Shown in pieces: positions 33,501 to 42,774 of a stretch of DNA of 64,000 bases. The DNA lies in NCBI GenBank assembly GCA_963754315.1, contig CAVWFS010000008.1:32001-96000 (forward strand), in the 5' to 3' direction. The stretch comes from an uncultured Candidatus Rokubacteria bacterium. Its GTDB lineage: Bacteria > Methylomirabilota > Methylomirabilia > Rokubacteriales > CSP1-6. The position numbers and the translations under genes are program-made. The notes beneath the pieces were generated by a model that worked only from the letters and a program-made list of their open reading frames with translations, had not been told where the DNA came from and ran no database searches. The stretch's first letter is position 1; each line of letters opens with the position of its first letter.

Positions 33501-33585
33501 GGCTCCGGTTGGCCTGAGGCGGGCGACGCCGCTGGCTGGTGGCCCGCCTTGCAGGGCGACGCTTGCCGCTGCTCGACTCGCTCAT
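27578..33585 (-). CDS. Giant hybrid histidine kinase 3: 8 GAF + HisKA + HATPase + REC + REC (~2000 aa)
   Basis: Joined from 30025..33585, 27567..29855 and 27578..28435; indels near 30065 and 28370. Confidence 0.85.
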
Positions 33586-33615
33586 GCCGGGGAAGAGGCC
33601 ACGCCCATCGCCGCG

Positions 33616-33644
33616 ATGCTGCTTTGCAAGGTCGACAAAGTCAA
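33616..33644 (-). promoter_or_regulatory. Promoter motif of kinase 3
   Basis: TTGACT-N17-CAGCAT. Confidence 0.55.
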
Positions 33645-33648
33645 GGTG

Positions 33649-33687
33649 CGGGCGAGCGCATCGTCATCCGGCAACCGGAAGCGTTCC
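33649..33687 (+). pseudogene. Relic of a Phd/YefM antitoxin
   Basis: Manual alignment to 19851..19887 (TA1 antitoxin, GETIVICNRNVP) matches 32 of 39 columns; reads GERIVI. Confidence 0.5.
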
Positions 33688-34011
33688 TGAGCTCAACCGC
33701 TGCCGCGTACAGCCTGCCGGTCGTTGGGGACTTCGAGCCGGAACGAGCACGCCAGAACGAAACTAAAGTCTTTGCGGCCGGGACTTATTAGTGCTACCGT
33801 TCGGGCGGTTCGCGTAGGCACTCGCACCCGCATCAAGAGGCCGTGAATCATCAGCCAGGCCGCCTGGACGAGTTGGTGGTCGTCACTTTGTGTGTCCCGA
33901 GTTGCTCCGTAGCCGCCTGCGCAATCGCCGGCGTTCCGCGACTGGCTCGCCCGGGCCGCTCCGTCCGACGACACGCGCGATGACGGCTGAGGCCCCGTTC
34001 AGGAGTTGACG

Positions 34012-34992
34012 ATGGCTGACATCCCGCTTGCCCTGACCTGTGCGGACTATGCCCGTGTCATGCCCCTCGCCACTGGCGAGGTGAAGCCGGAGGGGATCGC
34101 CCTCACGATGATCTTAAGCAGCCGGGGCTCGTGGCCGGGGCGCGCCGAAATGCTGCGTCGCGCTGTGCAGGATCCCGCAGTGCAGGGGGGCGAATGGTCG
34201 ATGGCGCAGTACCTGTACCGCATCGATCAGGGCGATCGCCGCTATGTCGGTCTTCCCGTGTTTCCGCTGCGAAATTTCACGGCGCGTGACCTGTACATTC
34301 GCCGCGGTGGCCCGATTCAGAAGCCGACGGACCTCGCCGGCCAGCGCATCGGCATGTACAGCTACACTGCCAGCGGATCCATTTGGTACCGCCACTTCCT
34401 CCGTTTCGTGGGTCTTGACCCGGCCGCCATCGAGTGGTGGATCGGGGATATCGACACGCCGTGGTCCGCACCGATGGACCACACCTTGCCTTCCGGGGTG
34501 AAAGCACCGCCTCCCGGCCGATCGCTGTCCGAGATGCTGATGGCCGGCGAACTGGAGGCCATCTACAGTCCGCCGCGCCCGAAAGAGTATCATCCGCAGA
34601 ACGGCCCCCTGGCCCGATTGTTCCCGGACTTTCGCCAGGTTGAGCAAGAGTACTTTCGCAAGACCGGCGCTTTTCCTCCCCAGCATCTCATCGTCATCCG
34701 GCGCCAGTGCTGGGAGGCCAACCCGTGGATCGCCAGGAACCTGACCGAGGCGTTCATCGCTGCCAACGATTGCTTTACCGCAGCCCAGAAGGGGTTTCCC
34801 TACGCCACGCCGTGGCTCGAAGCTGAGCTCGAGGATACGGTGGCAGTGATGGGCGAGGACTTCCACCCGTATGGACTCGAGCCCAACCGGGCGCAGATCG
34901 ATGCGTTCGCGGGCGAAGCCTTCCGGCTTGGCCTGACGAGCCGGCTGGTCACGACCGAGGAGTATTTCGCCGACTATCTCCAGAGCCGCTGA
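34012..34992 (+). CDS. 4,5-dihydroxyphthalate decarboxylase-like / PBP2-fold protein
   Basis: LTCADYARVMPL..GEVKPEG, LPVFPLRNF, FPPQHLIVIR, DFHPYGLEPNR. Confidence 0.75.
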   Translation: MADIPLALTCADYARVMPLATGEVKPEGIALTMILSSRGSWPGRAEMLRRAVQDPAVQGGEWSMAQYLYRIDQGDRRYVGLPVFPLRNFTARDLYIRRGGPIQKPTDLAGQRIGMYSYTASGSIWYRHFLRFVGLDPAAIEWWIGDIDTPWSAPMDHTLPSGVKAPPPGRSLSEMLMAGELEAIYSPPRPKEYHPQNGPLARLFPDFRQVEQEYFRKTGAFPPQHLIVIRRQCWEANPWIARNLTEAFIAANDCFTAAQKGFPYATPWLEAELEDTVAVMGEDFHPYGLEPNRAQIDAFAGEAFRLGLTSRLVTTEEYFADYLQSR

Positions 34993-35005
34993 GGAGAGTG
35001 GACCC

Positions 35006-35887
35006 ATGGCGCTCGAGACCGGCCGCGTCGAGGTCAATGGTGTGACGTTTCATTATCTGGAGGCGGGGCGCGGCCCGCTGGTCCTCTGTCTTCACGGTTT
35101 CCCTGACAACGCCCACACCTTCAGCGAGCTTCTGCCGGCCCTGGCTGACGCGGGCTTTCGTGCAGTCGCGCCGTTCATGCGGGGATACGCCCCCACCACA
35201 CTCTCGGCGGACGGCCGCTACCAGTCGGTGCTGTTGGCCCAAGATGCGGTGGGCCTCGTCAACGCTTTCGGTGCCGAGCGTGCGTTCCTGGTGGGTCACG
35301 ACTGGGGCGCCACGGCCACGTATGGCGCGGCCGCGCTAGCCCCGGAGCGCATCGAGCGTATCGTCACTATCGGGGCTGCTCATCCCGCCGCCGTGCGCGG
35401 CGGTTTGGCAGCGAGCTACGAGCGGCACAAGGGCATCTGGCACGCCTACTTCTTCCAGATGCCGTTCGCCGAGCAGATCGTGGCCGCCAACGATTTCGCC
35501 TTTCTGGAGCAGTGGTGGCGAGACGCCTCCCCGGAGTACGATCCGGCACCCATCATCGAACGAGTGAAGGCCACGTTCCGTCGGCCCGGTGTGCTGACGG
35601 CGGCCCTCAACTACTATCGCCACACGTTCCATCCCGCGAATCGCGACCCCGCACTTCAGTCGCTGCACGAGCGCATCAGCACCACACCCACCCCGGTTCC
35701 CACTCTCGCCCTGCACGGCACACGTGATCGCCCCGGGCGGCTGGAGGCCTTCGAGGGCATGGACGATCTGTTCGCGAAGGGTCTCGAGAAGGTGGTGTTG
35801 CCGGGAGCCGGCCACTTCGTCCATCTCGAGCGGCCCGGCGAGGTCAACCGGCGCATCGTCGATTTTCTCTCAGACCGCCGCGTCTGA
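35006..35887 (+). CDS. Alpha/beta hydrolase (epoxide hydrolase-like)
   Basis: LHGFP, GHDWGA, AGHFVHLE. Confidence 0.9.
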   Translation: MALETGRVEVNGVTFHYLEAGRGPLVLCLHGFPDNAHTFSELLPALADAGFRAVAPFMRGYAPTTLSADGRYQSVLLAQDAVGLVNAFGAERAFLVGHDWGATATYGAAALAPERIERIVTIGAAHPAAVRGGLAASYERHKGIWHAYFFQMPFAEQIVAANDFAFLEQWWRDASPEYDPAPIIERVKATFRRPGVLTAALNYYRHTFHPANRDPALQSLHERISTTPTPVPTLALHGTRDRPGRLEAFEGMDDLFAKGLEKVVLPGAGHFVHLERPGEVNRRIVDFLSDRRV

Positions 35888-36041
35888 CGTCGGCTCGACA
35901 GAACGCTCAGCGCGCCGGGGACGACGGCGTCCGCGGTCGGCGGCATCGGACGACGCTGGTGACCGGAGGACATCGTCGCGGCCGCCAGCGACCTCGCAGA
36001 CGGTTCGGAACGTCGACGCCGAGACATCGCTGCCCAGCGCC

Positions 36042-37466
36042 TCACCACATCACCGAATCGGCATCCTCCCGGCGTGGATGCAGGGCTTCGACGGTCCACG
36101 GTGCAGCCGGTGGCAGACTGCCTGGCGGGCCGGCGGCCAGCGGGTGCAAGACGTCGATGGCCCAGCCTACGTCCAGGCGTTCCCCCAGCCAACCGGCGCA
36201 GGTCGTGCGCGCATGAAGATGAAGCCCCTGAGCGACGTGTCTCGTCTGGAGAACCTGCACCGGATCGGCGGGTACCGCAGCCGGCGGCGGCACCTCGGGC
36301 AGAGGGTGACCATCGGGCCGGCGGAATTGGAGCGTGCCGTCTGGGTCTCGATCGACCTGGTAGCCCTCCTCGTGGACGGCGCGGTGATGGCGGCGGCAGA
36401 GCAGGGCGAGGTTCGAGAGCGTGGTCGGGCCGCCTTGCGCCCAGTGGCGGAGATGATGCCCCTGGGTGAAGCGTCCATCGCAGCCCGGAAACCGGCAACC
36501 GCGGTCCCGAGCGTGAAGCGCTCGGCGCAGCGCCGGCGGAATCGTCCGTGTCCGGGCGCCGACTTCCAGTAAGCGCCCCGCGTCGTCATGCCGCATGACC
36601 ACGCGGCTGGCGTCGCACGCCAGCCGGCGGGACGTTTCCGCGGAAACGTGCACCCCGTCTTCGAGGACCGACTGGCCAGGCTGATCGGGGTCGGCCAGCA
36701 CCGACGCATCGACGTGGACCACGACCTGGTAGCGTTCGCCGGGGGCTCCGGGATCGAGCCCGTGGTGGAGAGCGGTCTCTGCGAGCAGCGCCAGCGCGTC
36801 CGCCTGCTGCTGGGCCATGGTCGGGGGCTCCGCCGCCGGGTCAGCCAGGGGTGCGATCGCCGCCTCGGCTCGTGAGCGCTGATACAGCGTCTCGCGCGCG
36901 GCAGCGAGCGCGCGCAGCAGGAGCGCTCCCACTTCCGGCTCCAGCCGGCCCCGGAGCACGACCATGCCGTCCTCTTCCTGAGAGACGTGCAGGGCCCGGC
37001 TTACGTGGCGCTGTGCGGTCTCGCGCGCTTCGGCTCGCCGGTCCACGCGTCGCCAGCCCCGCACGATCCGCTCGACGTGGTCGGCCGTGCCGGCGCGGCC
37101 CACGGCCAGCAGACGGTCCTCGGTCTCGGGCGTGGCAACACGCGTCAGGGCGCGGACCTTGGCGTACGAGAGTTCACCGCGCGCGAGAGCCTGGGCCAGG
37201 CGCGGGAGCGTTGCCAGGGCGCGGGCGACGCGAACGCGCTCGCGGGCCGCCCCCAGGTCGAGCCCCACGCGCCAGCTGAGCCAGGCGGCGCAGGAGCGAA
37301 AGCCGGTGTTCCAGCCCCCGCGGGTGTCGAACTCACGGATGCGATCGAGGAGACGTGCGGTGGCGGCCTCGAGGTGCGCCGACAGTTCGGCGATCTCGTC
37401 GCCGAGCCGGTCTAGCTCCGCGGCGGGATCTGGGAGAACGTGGACGTGGGGGAAATGGATCTGCAT
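36042..37466 (-). CDS. DUF222 domain + HNH endonuclease
   Basis: GFRSCAAWLSWR, RRLACDA, RDRGCRFPGC...HHLRHW..GG.T.L.NL.LLCRRHH. Confidence 0.88.
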   Translation of the reverse strand: MQIHFPHVHVLPDPAAELDRLGDEIAELSAHLEAATARLLDRIREFDTRGGWNTGFRSCAAWLSWRVGLDLGAARERVRVARALATLPRLAQALARGELSYAKVRALTRVATPETEDRLLAVGRAGTADHVERIVRGWRRVDRRAEARETAQRHVSRALHVSQEEDGMVVLRGRLEPEVGALLLRALAAARETLYQRSRAEAAIAPLADPAAEPPTMAQQQADALALLAETALHHGLDPGAPGERYQVVVHVDASVLADPDQPGQSVLEDGVHVSAETSRRLACDASRVVMRHDDAGRLLEVGARTRTIPPALRRALHARDRGCRFPGCDGRFTQGHHLRHWAQGGPTTLSNLALLCRRHHRAVHEEGYQVDRDPDGTLQFRRPDGHPLPEVPPPAAVPADPVQVLQTRHVAQGLHLHARTTCAGWLGERLDVGWAIDVLHPLAAGPPGSLPPAAPWTVEALHPRREDADSVMW

Positions 37467-37769
37467 GGCCGGGCCCCTTTCTTCTGGGCCGACTCTACAC
37501 CTGCAATTCGGGGCGACCTGCGCGCCTCCACGACCGATGATTCCAGGTCGAGAAATGATTTTCGATCCCTTCCACCCCCGGCCGCGCACCGCCGCGCCTC
37601 TCCTCACCGCTGGGCCGGCCTCTGGTCGCGACCGCCGACATGTCGCCACTCGTATTGAACGAGCCTGTCAAGCGAAAATCTCAAGCTCGTCCCGCCTACC
37701 CGAGCGACAACCTGGGCGGAACGCTCTCTAGTCTTGCCGTGAAGATACGATCCGGTCTCGGGCGGCCGC

Positions 37770-38030
37770 GTGCTTTTCGGGATCGGCGGCGGCTGGAACG
37801 CCGAGGAAATAGAAAATCACGGGACCGTAAGACGCGTCGAGCGTATCACCGAGCTGCGCGAGCAGCCCCGGCCGGGCTCGATCCGAAATCGGCGCCGGTG
37901 TCCATCTTCGTCGCGCCCCACCCAAACGGGAAGCGCTCGATGCGCTGGCGGCGGCCGCACCGGAGCGCGCCATCTTCTGGCTACCCTCGGAGCCCCGGGA
38001 CAGCGTGCTTCCGCACGTGGACAGCTCGAA
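37770..38030 (+). pseudogene. Internally deleted remnant of an LLM-class (luciferase-like) oxidoreductase
   Basis: LFGIGGGWNAEEIENHG, AGLDPKSAPVSIF and RAIFWLPSEPRDSVLP occur in different frames. Confidence 0.6.
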
Positions 38031-38074
38031 GTTGTTTGCGGGGTGAGCGGATCGGGCTTACGGGGGGCGCAGCG

Positions 38075-38410
38075 TCAGCGGCAGCCGGCTGGTGGCGCGC
38101 CAGAGGCGCGGCGGGGCACGAGAGTGCAGGCGAACGTCGCGGGCTGCTGGCGATACTGCTCGAGCGTGGCCTGAAGCCGCGCCAAGGTCCGGTCACGCTT
38201 CGCCAGGCCGATCCCGTAGATCGCCAAGTCGTTCACGAGACGGGTATAGAAGACGTGCTGAGCATCACCGCCGCTGCCCATGCAGGGTGACGGTTTCTGG
38301 GCTACCCGCAGAAGCGGGCCGAATGCTTTCGCGTACTCCCCGAGGATGGGTTCGTCGCGGAGGTCGCGAGGCACCTCGGGGAAACGGGCAAGGAGTTCGT
38401 CGACGGTCAT
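38075..38410 (-). CDS. Hypothetical protein
   Basis: MTVDELLARFPEVP... with protein-like composition; start uncertain. Confidence 0.6.
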   Translation of the reverse strand: MTVDELLARFPEVPRDLRDEPILGEYAKAFGPLLRVAQKPSPCMGSGGDAQHVFYTRLVNDLAIYGIGLAKRDRTLARLQATLEQYRQQPATFACTLVPRRASGAPPAGCR

Positions 38411-38674
38411 CGGCGTACGCGCCGCCCGGGCGCTCTCCGCGAGATGCGGCGGCAGGCGAATCTGGGCCATCCCTGGTCAGTATAGCTCTGTTCTTCGGAG
38501 CTGGAGCCGAGCTGGCCAAGCCTGTCGAGAACGGACCTACACCAAAGAGGCGATGCCGAGGGTCGCGGCCAGGCTCTCGGCGCGCTCGACGAACCGTGTC
38601 ATAGGCGCAGCCCAGATGACCGAGCGAGTACGCACGGCCGACGGGATCCGGCGAGATCTCGATGGCCCAAACGC

Positions 38675-39157
38675 CTAGTCTTTGCGAAGGTAGTGCGCCG
38701 TCATGAACTTGGTCCAACTGCCGTCCCCGCCCAGCATGTGGGAGGTCAGGGTGCGGTGCTGTTCATCCACAATCTCGATCACGTCCTTGTATTTGGCCAT
38801 GGTTCCGTCGCCGGAGCAGCTCGGACCCTCGGCATGGAGGGTCAGGATCTTCTCGGCGCTGTCCAGGGAGCCCTCGTACACCCAGAGATACGTCATCATC
38901 GAGCCGACGAACGTTCCCACGTATCGCTGCTTCTGTGGGTCGTAACCAAGCGTCATCAGGGTCGTCCCGGTGCACTCGCCGGGCATCTCGCCTTGTCCCT
39001 CGCAGAGCACCCAGACGTCCCCCACGGTCCGGACGCTCTCGGAGCCGTGCCATTTCTGGACGGGCTGGTCGGGTCCCATCGCCGCCTCGCCCTCGTACGT
39101 CCACTCTCCAACGAGTTGTTGCAGCCAACGGTGTTCCCTCTGCACATCCACCTTCAT
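38675..39157 (-). CDS. DUF1579 family protein
   Basis: EHRWLQQLVGEW, LGYDPQKQRYVGTFVGSM; RBS AAGGAG. Confidence 0.85.
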   Translation of the reverse strand: MKVDVQREHRWLQQLVGEWTYEGEAAMGPDQPVQKWHGSESVRTVGDVWVLCEGQGEMPGECTGTTLMTLGYDPQKQRYVGTFVGSMMTYLWVYEGSLDSAEKILTLHAEGPSCSGDGTMAKYKDVIEIVDEQHRTLTSHMLGGDGSWTKFMTAHYLRKD

Positions 39158-39245
39158 CGGAATCTCCTTGTCGTGGCTATCCATCAGGTAGTCGACTGGC
39201 GAGGCGCTGAATCGACAACGGCCTACGCAAGCGAGAGCTTGACCG

Positions 39246-40980
39246 TCACCACCCCATGGCACGGGCGGCTCGTCGGGGGTCGGCGCCGCCGTACAGGATC
39301 CCTCTCTGACGGTCAGCCACGATCGCGCACACCCCGGCGGTGTTCATCGAAAGGTCCGGCAGCCATTGCACTTGGTGCCCGAGCGCGGCCAGAGCGTCGC
39401 CGGCGGCGGCGCCGATGCCGCGTTCCAGATCGAGCCGCCCGGGGTAGTAAGGATGTGGTTCGAAGCTGCCGGGGAAGCTATGAGTTACGAAGCGCGGGGC
39501 GTCGATCGCCTCTTGCACGTTCATCCCGAACACGGTGTGGTTCAGCAAGACCTGCAGCATGCTCTGGGGCTGGAGATCGCCACCCGGGGCGCCGAACGGC
39601 ATGACGAAGTTCCCACGGCGCATGGCCAGCGCCGGGTTCGGCGTGAGGCGCGGCCGCTTGCCGGGAGCGACGCACGAGGGATGGCCGGGCACGGCCCAGG
39701 ATTGCGAGCCACGCGAGGAGGGACAGAACCCGAGGCCGGGGATGACCGGACTCTCCCACGAGACGTCACTCGGCGTGGCCGAGAGCGCGTTGCCGTGCCG
39801 ATCGATCACGCACACATACGATGTGTCTCCCGAGAGCGCGGGACTGTTGTCGGCCACGAGGGACCGGCGCAGGGTGGTGGCTGACAGGCCATCCCGACGA
39901 GCCGTCAAATCCCGGCACCACGCCGGGCGGTGGCATTTCTGGCCACGCGCGGTCTTCGCGGAGGAGGCGGCGGCGCTCGGCGGCGTAGGGCGACGAGAGC
40001 AACGTCTCCATGGGAACGCGGACGAATCGTGGATCGCCGAAGTAGCGCTCGCGATCGGCGAAGCAGAGCTTCATGGCTTCGGTCACGACGTGCACGTAGG
40101 CCGGCGTGTTGTGGCCGAGCGCCTTCAGATCGTATCCCTCGAGCAGCGAGAGCATCTGGAGCAGCACCGGTCCCTGACACCACGCCCCGCAGCTCATCAC
40201 CTCGAGGTCGTGGAACGTTCGACGCAGCGGCGGCTCGACCTCCGATCGGTACGACTCCAAATCCTCCCGGCTGAGCCAGCCGCCATTGTCCTGGTGGTAG
40301 CGCAGCATCGCCGTAGCGAGATCGCCGCGATAGAAGGTTTTGCGAGCGGCGTCCAGCCCCGCTGTGCGGCCCCGGCCACGCGCCGCGCGCTCCTCGTCGA
40401 CCATGTGCTGAAGCGATCGCGCGAGATCGGCCTGGCCGAATAGCTCGCCCTCGCGCGCAGGCGCGCCGCCGGGGAGGTAGATGGCGGCGTTCTGCGGCCA
40501 GCGCCGATAGGTCGCAGAGTTCTTCTCGATGTAGTGCGCCATCACCGGATGCATGGTGAAGCCCTCACGGGCGTAGCGGATGGCGGCGCCCGCGACGTCG
40601 CCGAAGCTCATGGTGCCGTAGCGCGCGAGGGCCAGGATCCAGGCATCGGGGGCGGCGGGAACGACCGTGCGGAGGAGGCCAAGGGGGATCGTCCCCCCGT
40701 GCTCCTCGACGAACGTCTCCAGGCGGGCGGCGCGCGGCCAGCCTCCAAGGCCGGCGATGGTGACCGCCTCGTCGCGCTCGGCCAGATAGATGATCATGGG
40801 CGCCACGCCGGCAAAGTTGACCTGATCGCTGTGCACCACGCCGAGCGCGATGCCCGCCGCGACCCCGGCGTCCACCGCGTTTCCACCCGCCTGCAGGACG
40901 GCGTGGCCGGCTTCGGTGGCGAGGTAATGGCCGGATGAGATCATGAAGCGCGTGCCCGTGATCATCGGCTGGAGCGACAT
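39246..40980 (-). CDS. ggt: Gamma-glutamyltransferase family protein (frameshift near 39880)
   Basis: GGNAVDAGVA, DRERYFGDP, DTSYVCVID (catalytic Thr), PGKRPRLT, GGADPR. Confidence 0.85.
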
Positions 40981-41219
40981 CGAAGCCTCCCGGGTCGAAT
41001 GCGTGTCGTGTGCCGAGTATAATCCGCCCGTCGTGATGCCACGACCCTCGCCCGGTCAGATCCAGAGGCGGATGGCGACGTGAGACTCGCGGTGCTTGCG
41101 TCGCACGAAGGGTGACATCGGGCCGTGCTGGCGGCCGGAGAGGCCATGACGGGGGCCCTGTTAGTCGAGACGCTGGGCTCGATCGCCCGTGGCCAGCTGA
41201 TCCTCCCCGGGGTCGAGGG

Positions 41220-41867
41220 GTGACGGAGCGTCACCGGGCGCCGCGTGAGCCGGAATGGCTTCGGTGGGCTCGAGAGCTCCAGGCGATCGCGCAGATCGGG
41301 CTCACGTACGCCACCGAAAATCACTTCGACGCCGAGCGCTACACGCGCGTGCGGGAGATCGCAGCCGAGATCATGGCCGCCGGAGGCAAGGTCGACAAGA
41401 GCGTCGTGCTCGACCTCACGTCTGCGGAGACGGGATACGCCACGCCCAAGGTCGACGTACGCGGTGTGGTGTTTCGCGATGAGCGGATCCTCCTGGTCAA
41501 GGAAATCGCCGATGGAGGGTGGACGCTCCCAGGCGGCTGGGCGGACGTGAACGAATCGCCGGCGGAATCCGTCGTGCGCGAGGTACGTGAGGAGTCCGGT
41601 TACGAGACGCGGCCCCTGAAATTGCTGGCCGTGTACGATCGTAGCAAGCATGGCCATACGCCCGCCTTTCCCTTCCACGTGTACAAGCTCTTCGTACTCT
41701 GCGCGCTGACAGGCGGCGAGCCGGCGACGAGTCGGGAGACGAGTGCGGTGGGCTTCTTCGCCGAGGACGACTTGCCGGCACTGTCGCTGGGCCGCGTCAC
41801 GCCGGCCCAGGTGCGGCGGCTCTTCGAACATCATCGCCATCCCGAGTGGCCCACGGATCTCGACTGA
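41220..41867 (+). CDS. NUDIX hydrolase with N-terminal helical domain
   Basis: LQAIAQIGLTY, GYATPKVDVRG, Nudix box GGWADVNESPAESVVREVREESG. Confidence 0.9.
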   Translation: MTERHRAPREPEWLRWARELQAIAQIGLTYATENHFDAERYTRVREIAAEIMAAGGKVDKSVVLDLTSAETGYATPKVDVRGVVFRDERILLVKEIADGGWTLPGGWADVNESPAESVVREVREESGYETRPLKLLAVYDRSKHGHTPAFPFHVYKLFVLCALTGGEPATSRETSAVGFFAEDDLPALSLGRVTPAQVRRLFEHHRHPEWPTDLD

Positions 41868-41907
41868 GGTGGCCGATAATCTGGGCGACGTTCCAGCGAG
41901 GAGGCCA

Positions 41908-42711
41908 ATGGCCAAGCGGGTAGACGGCAAGGCAGCAATCGTGGTGGGCGGCGGGCAGACTGCCGGTGAGACGGTGGGCAACGGCCGAGCTACCGCACTC
42001 GTCCTTGCCCGGGAGGGCGCGCGGGTGATCGTGGCCGACCGGCGTCTCGAAGCGGCGGAGGAGACCGTGGAGATGATCCGCCGCGAGGGGGGCGAAGCAT
42101 GGGAGATCGAGGCAGACATCACGAACGAAACGGCCGTCCAGCGACTCGTGGCAGCCAGCTTGGAGCGTCTCGGTCGCCTCGACATCCTGCACAATAACGT
42201 CGGCGCCAGCATCGCGCTCGGGGATGCGACGGCCACCGACTTGACCGAGGCAGCCTTCGACCGCAGTGTGGCCATCAATCTCAAGGGGATGTGGTTGACC
42301 TGCAAGCACGCGTTGCCAGCCCTTCGCGAGTCGGCGGGCTCGATCGTGAACATCTCGTCCATGGCCGCCCGCAACGCCTACCCGCTCGTCGGCTACAAGA
42401 CCACGAAGGCTGCCGTGGTCGCCCTTACCGAGAACCTGGCTGCCGCCAACGCACGGTACGGGGTGCGGGCCAACTCGATCCTGCCGGGGCTAATGAACAC
42501 CCCCATGGCCATCGAGGCTCGGGTCGCCCAGGGCACGAGCCGCGAGGAGGTCATCGCCTCGCGGGACCGCCGGGTGCCGCTACGCCGTCGCATGGGCACC
42601 GGCTGGGACGTGGCCTATGCTGCCCTCTTCCTGCACTCCGACGAGGCGGGTTTCATCACGGGAGTATCGCTTGCCGTCGACGGCGGGGAGGGGGTGAGCT
42701 GGGGCTCGTAG
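41908..42711 (+). CDS. Short-chain dehydrogenase/reductase
   Basis: GGG...GNG, NNVG, YKTTK. Confidence 0.9.
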   Translation: MAKRVDGKAAIVVGGGQTAGETVGNGRATALVLAREGARVIVADRRLEAAEETVEMIRREGGEAWEIEADITNETAVQRLVAASLERLGRLDILHNNVGASIALGDATATDLTEAAFDRSVAINLKGMWLTCKHALPALRESAGSIVNISSMAARNAYPLVGYKTTKAAVVALTENLAAANARYGVRANSILPGLMNTPMAIEARVAQGTSREEVIASRDRRVPLRRRMGTGWDVAYAALFLHSDEAGFITGVSLAVDGGEGVSWGS

Positions 42712-42774
42712 GAACGTGAACCTCGAGGTGTGCTGGGATACTGTCTCCATCGCGAGCTAAAGGAGGGACGATAC

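Noticed and set aside
11960..33585. GAFs as phytochrome/cyanobacteriochrome photosensors
   Set aside because: No DIP or CH chromophore-binding motifs and no PAS/PHY domains seen.
33693..33974. LVQAAW as an IS110 transposase relic; possible riboswitch upstream of 34012
   Set aside because: Six residues only, and no recognisable RNA motif.
37548..37565. LexA or Fur box
   Set aside because: The dyad is real but fits neither consensus well enough to assign.
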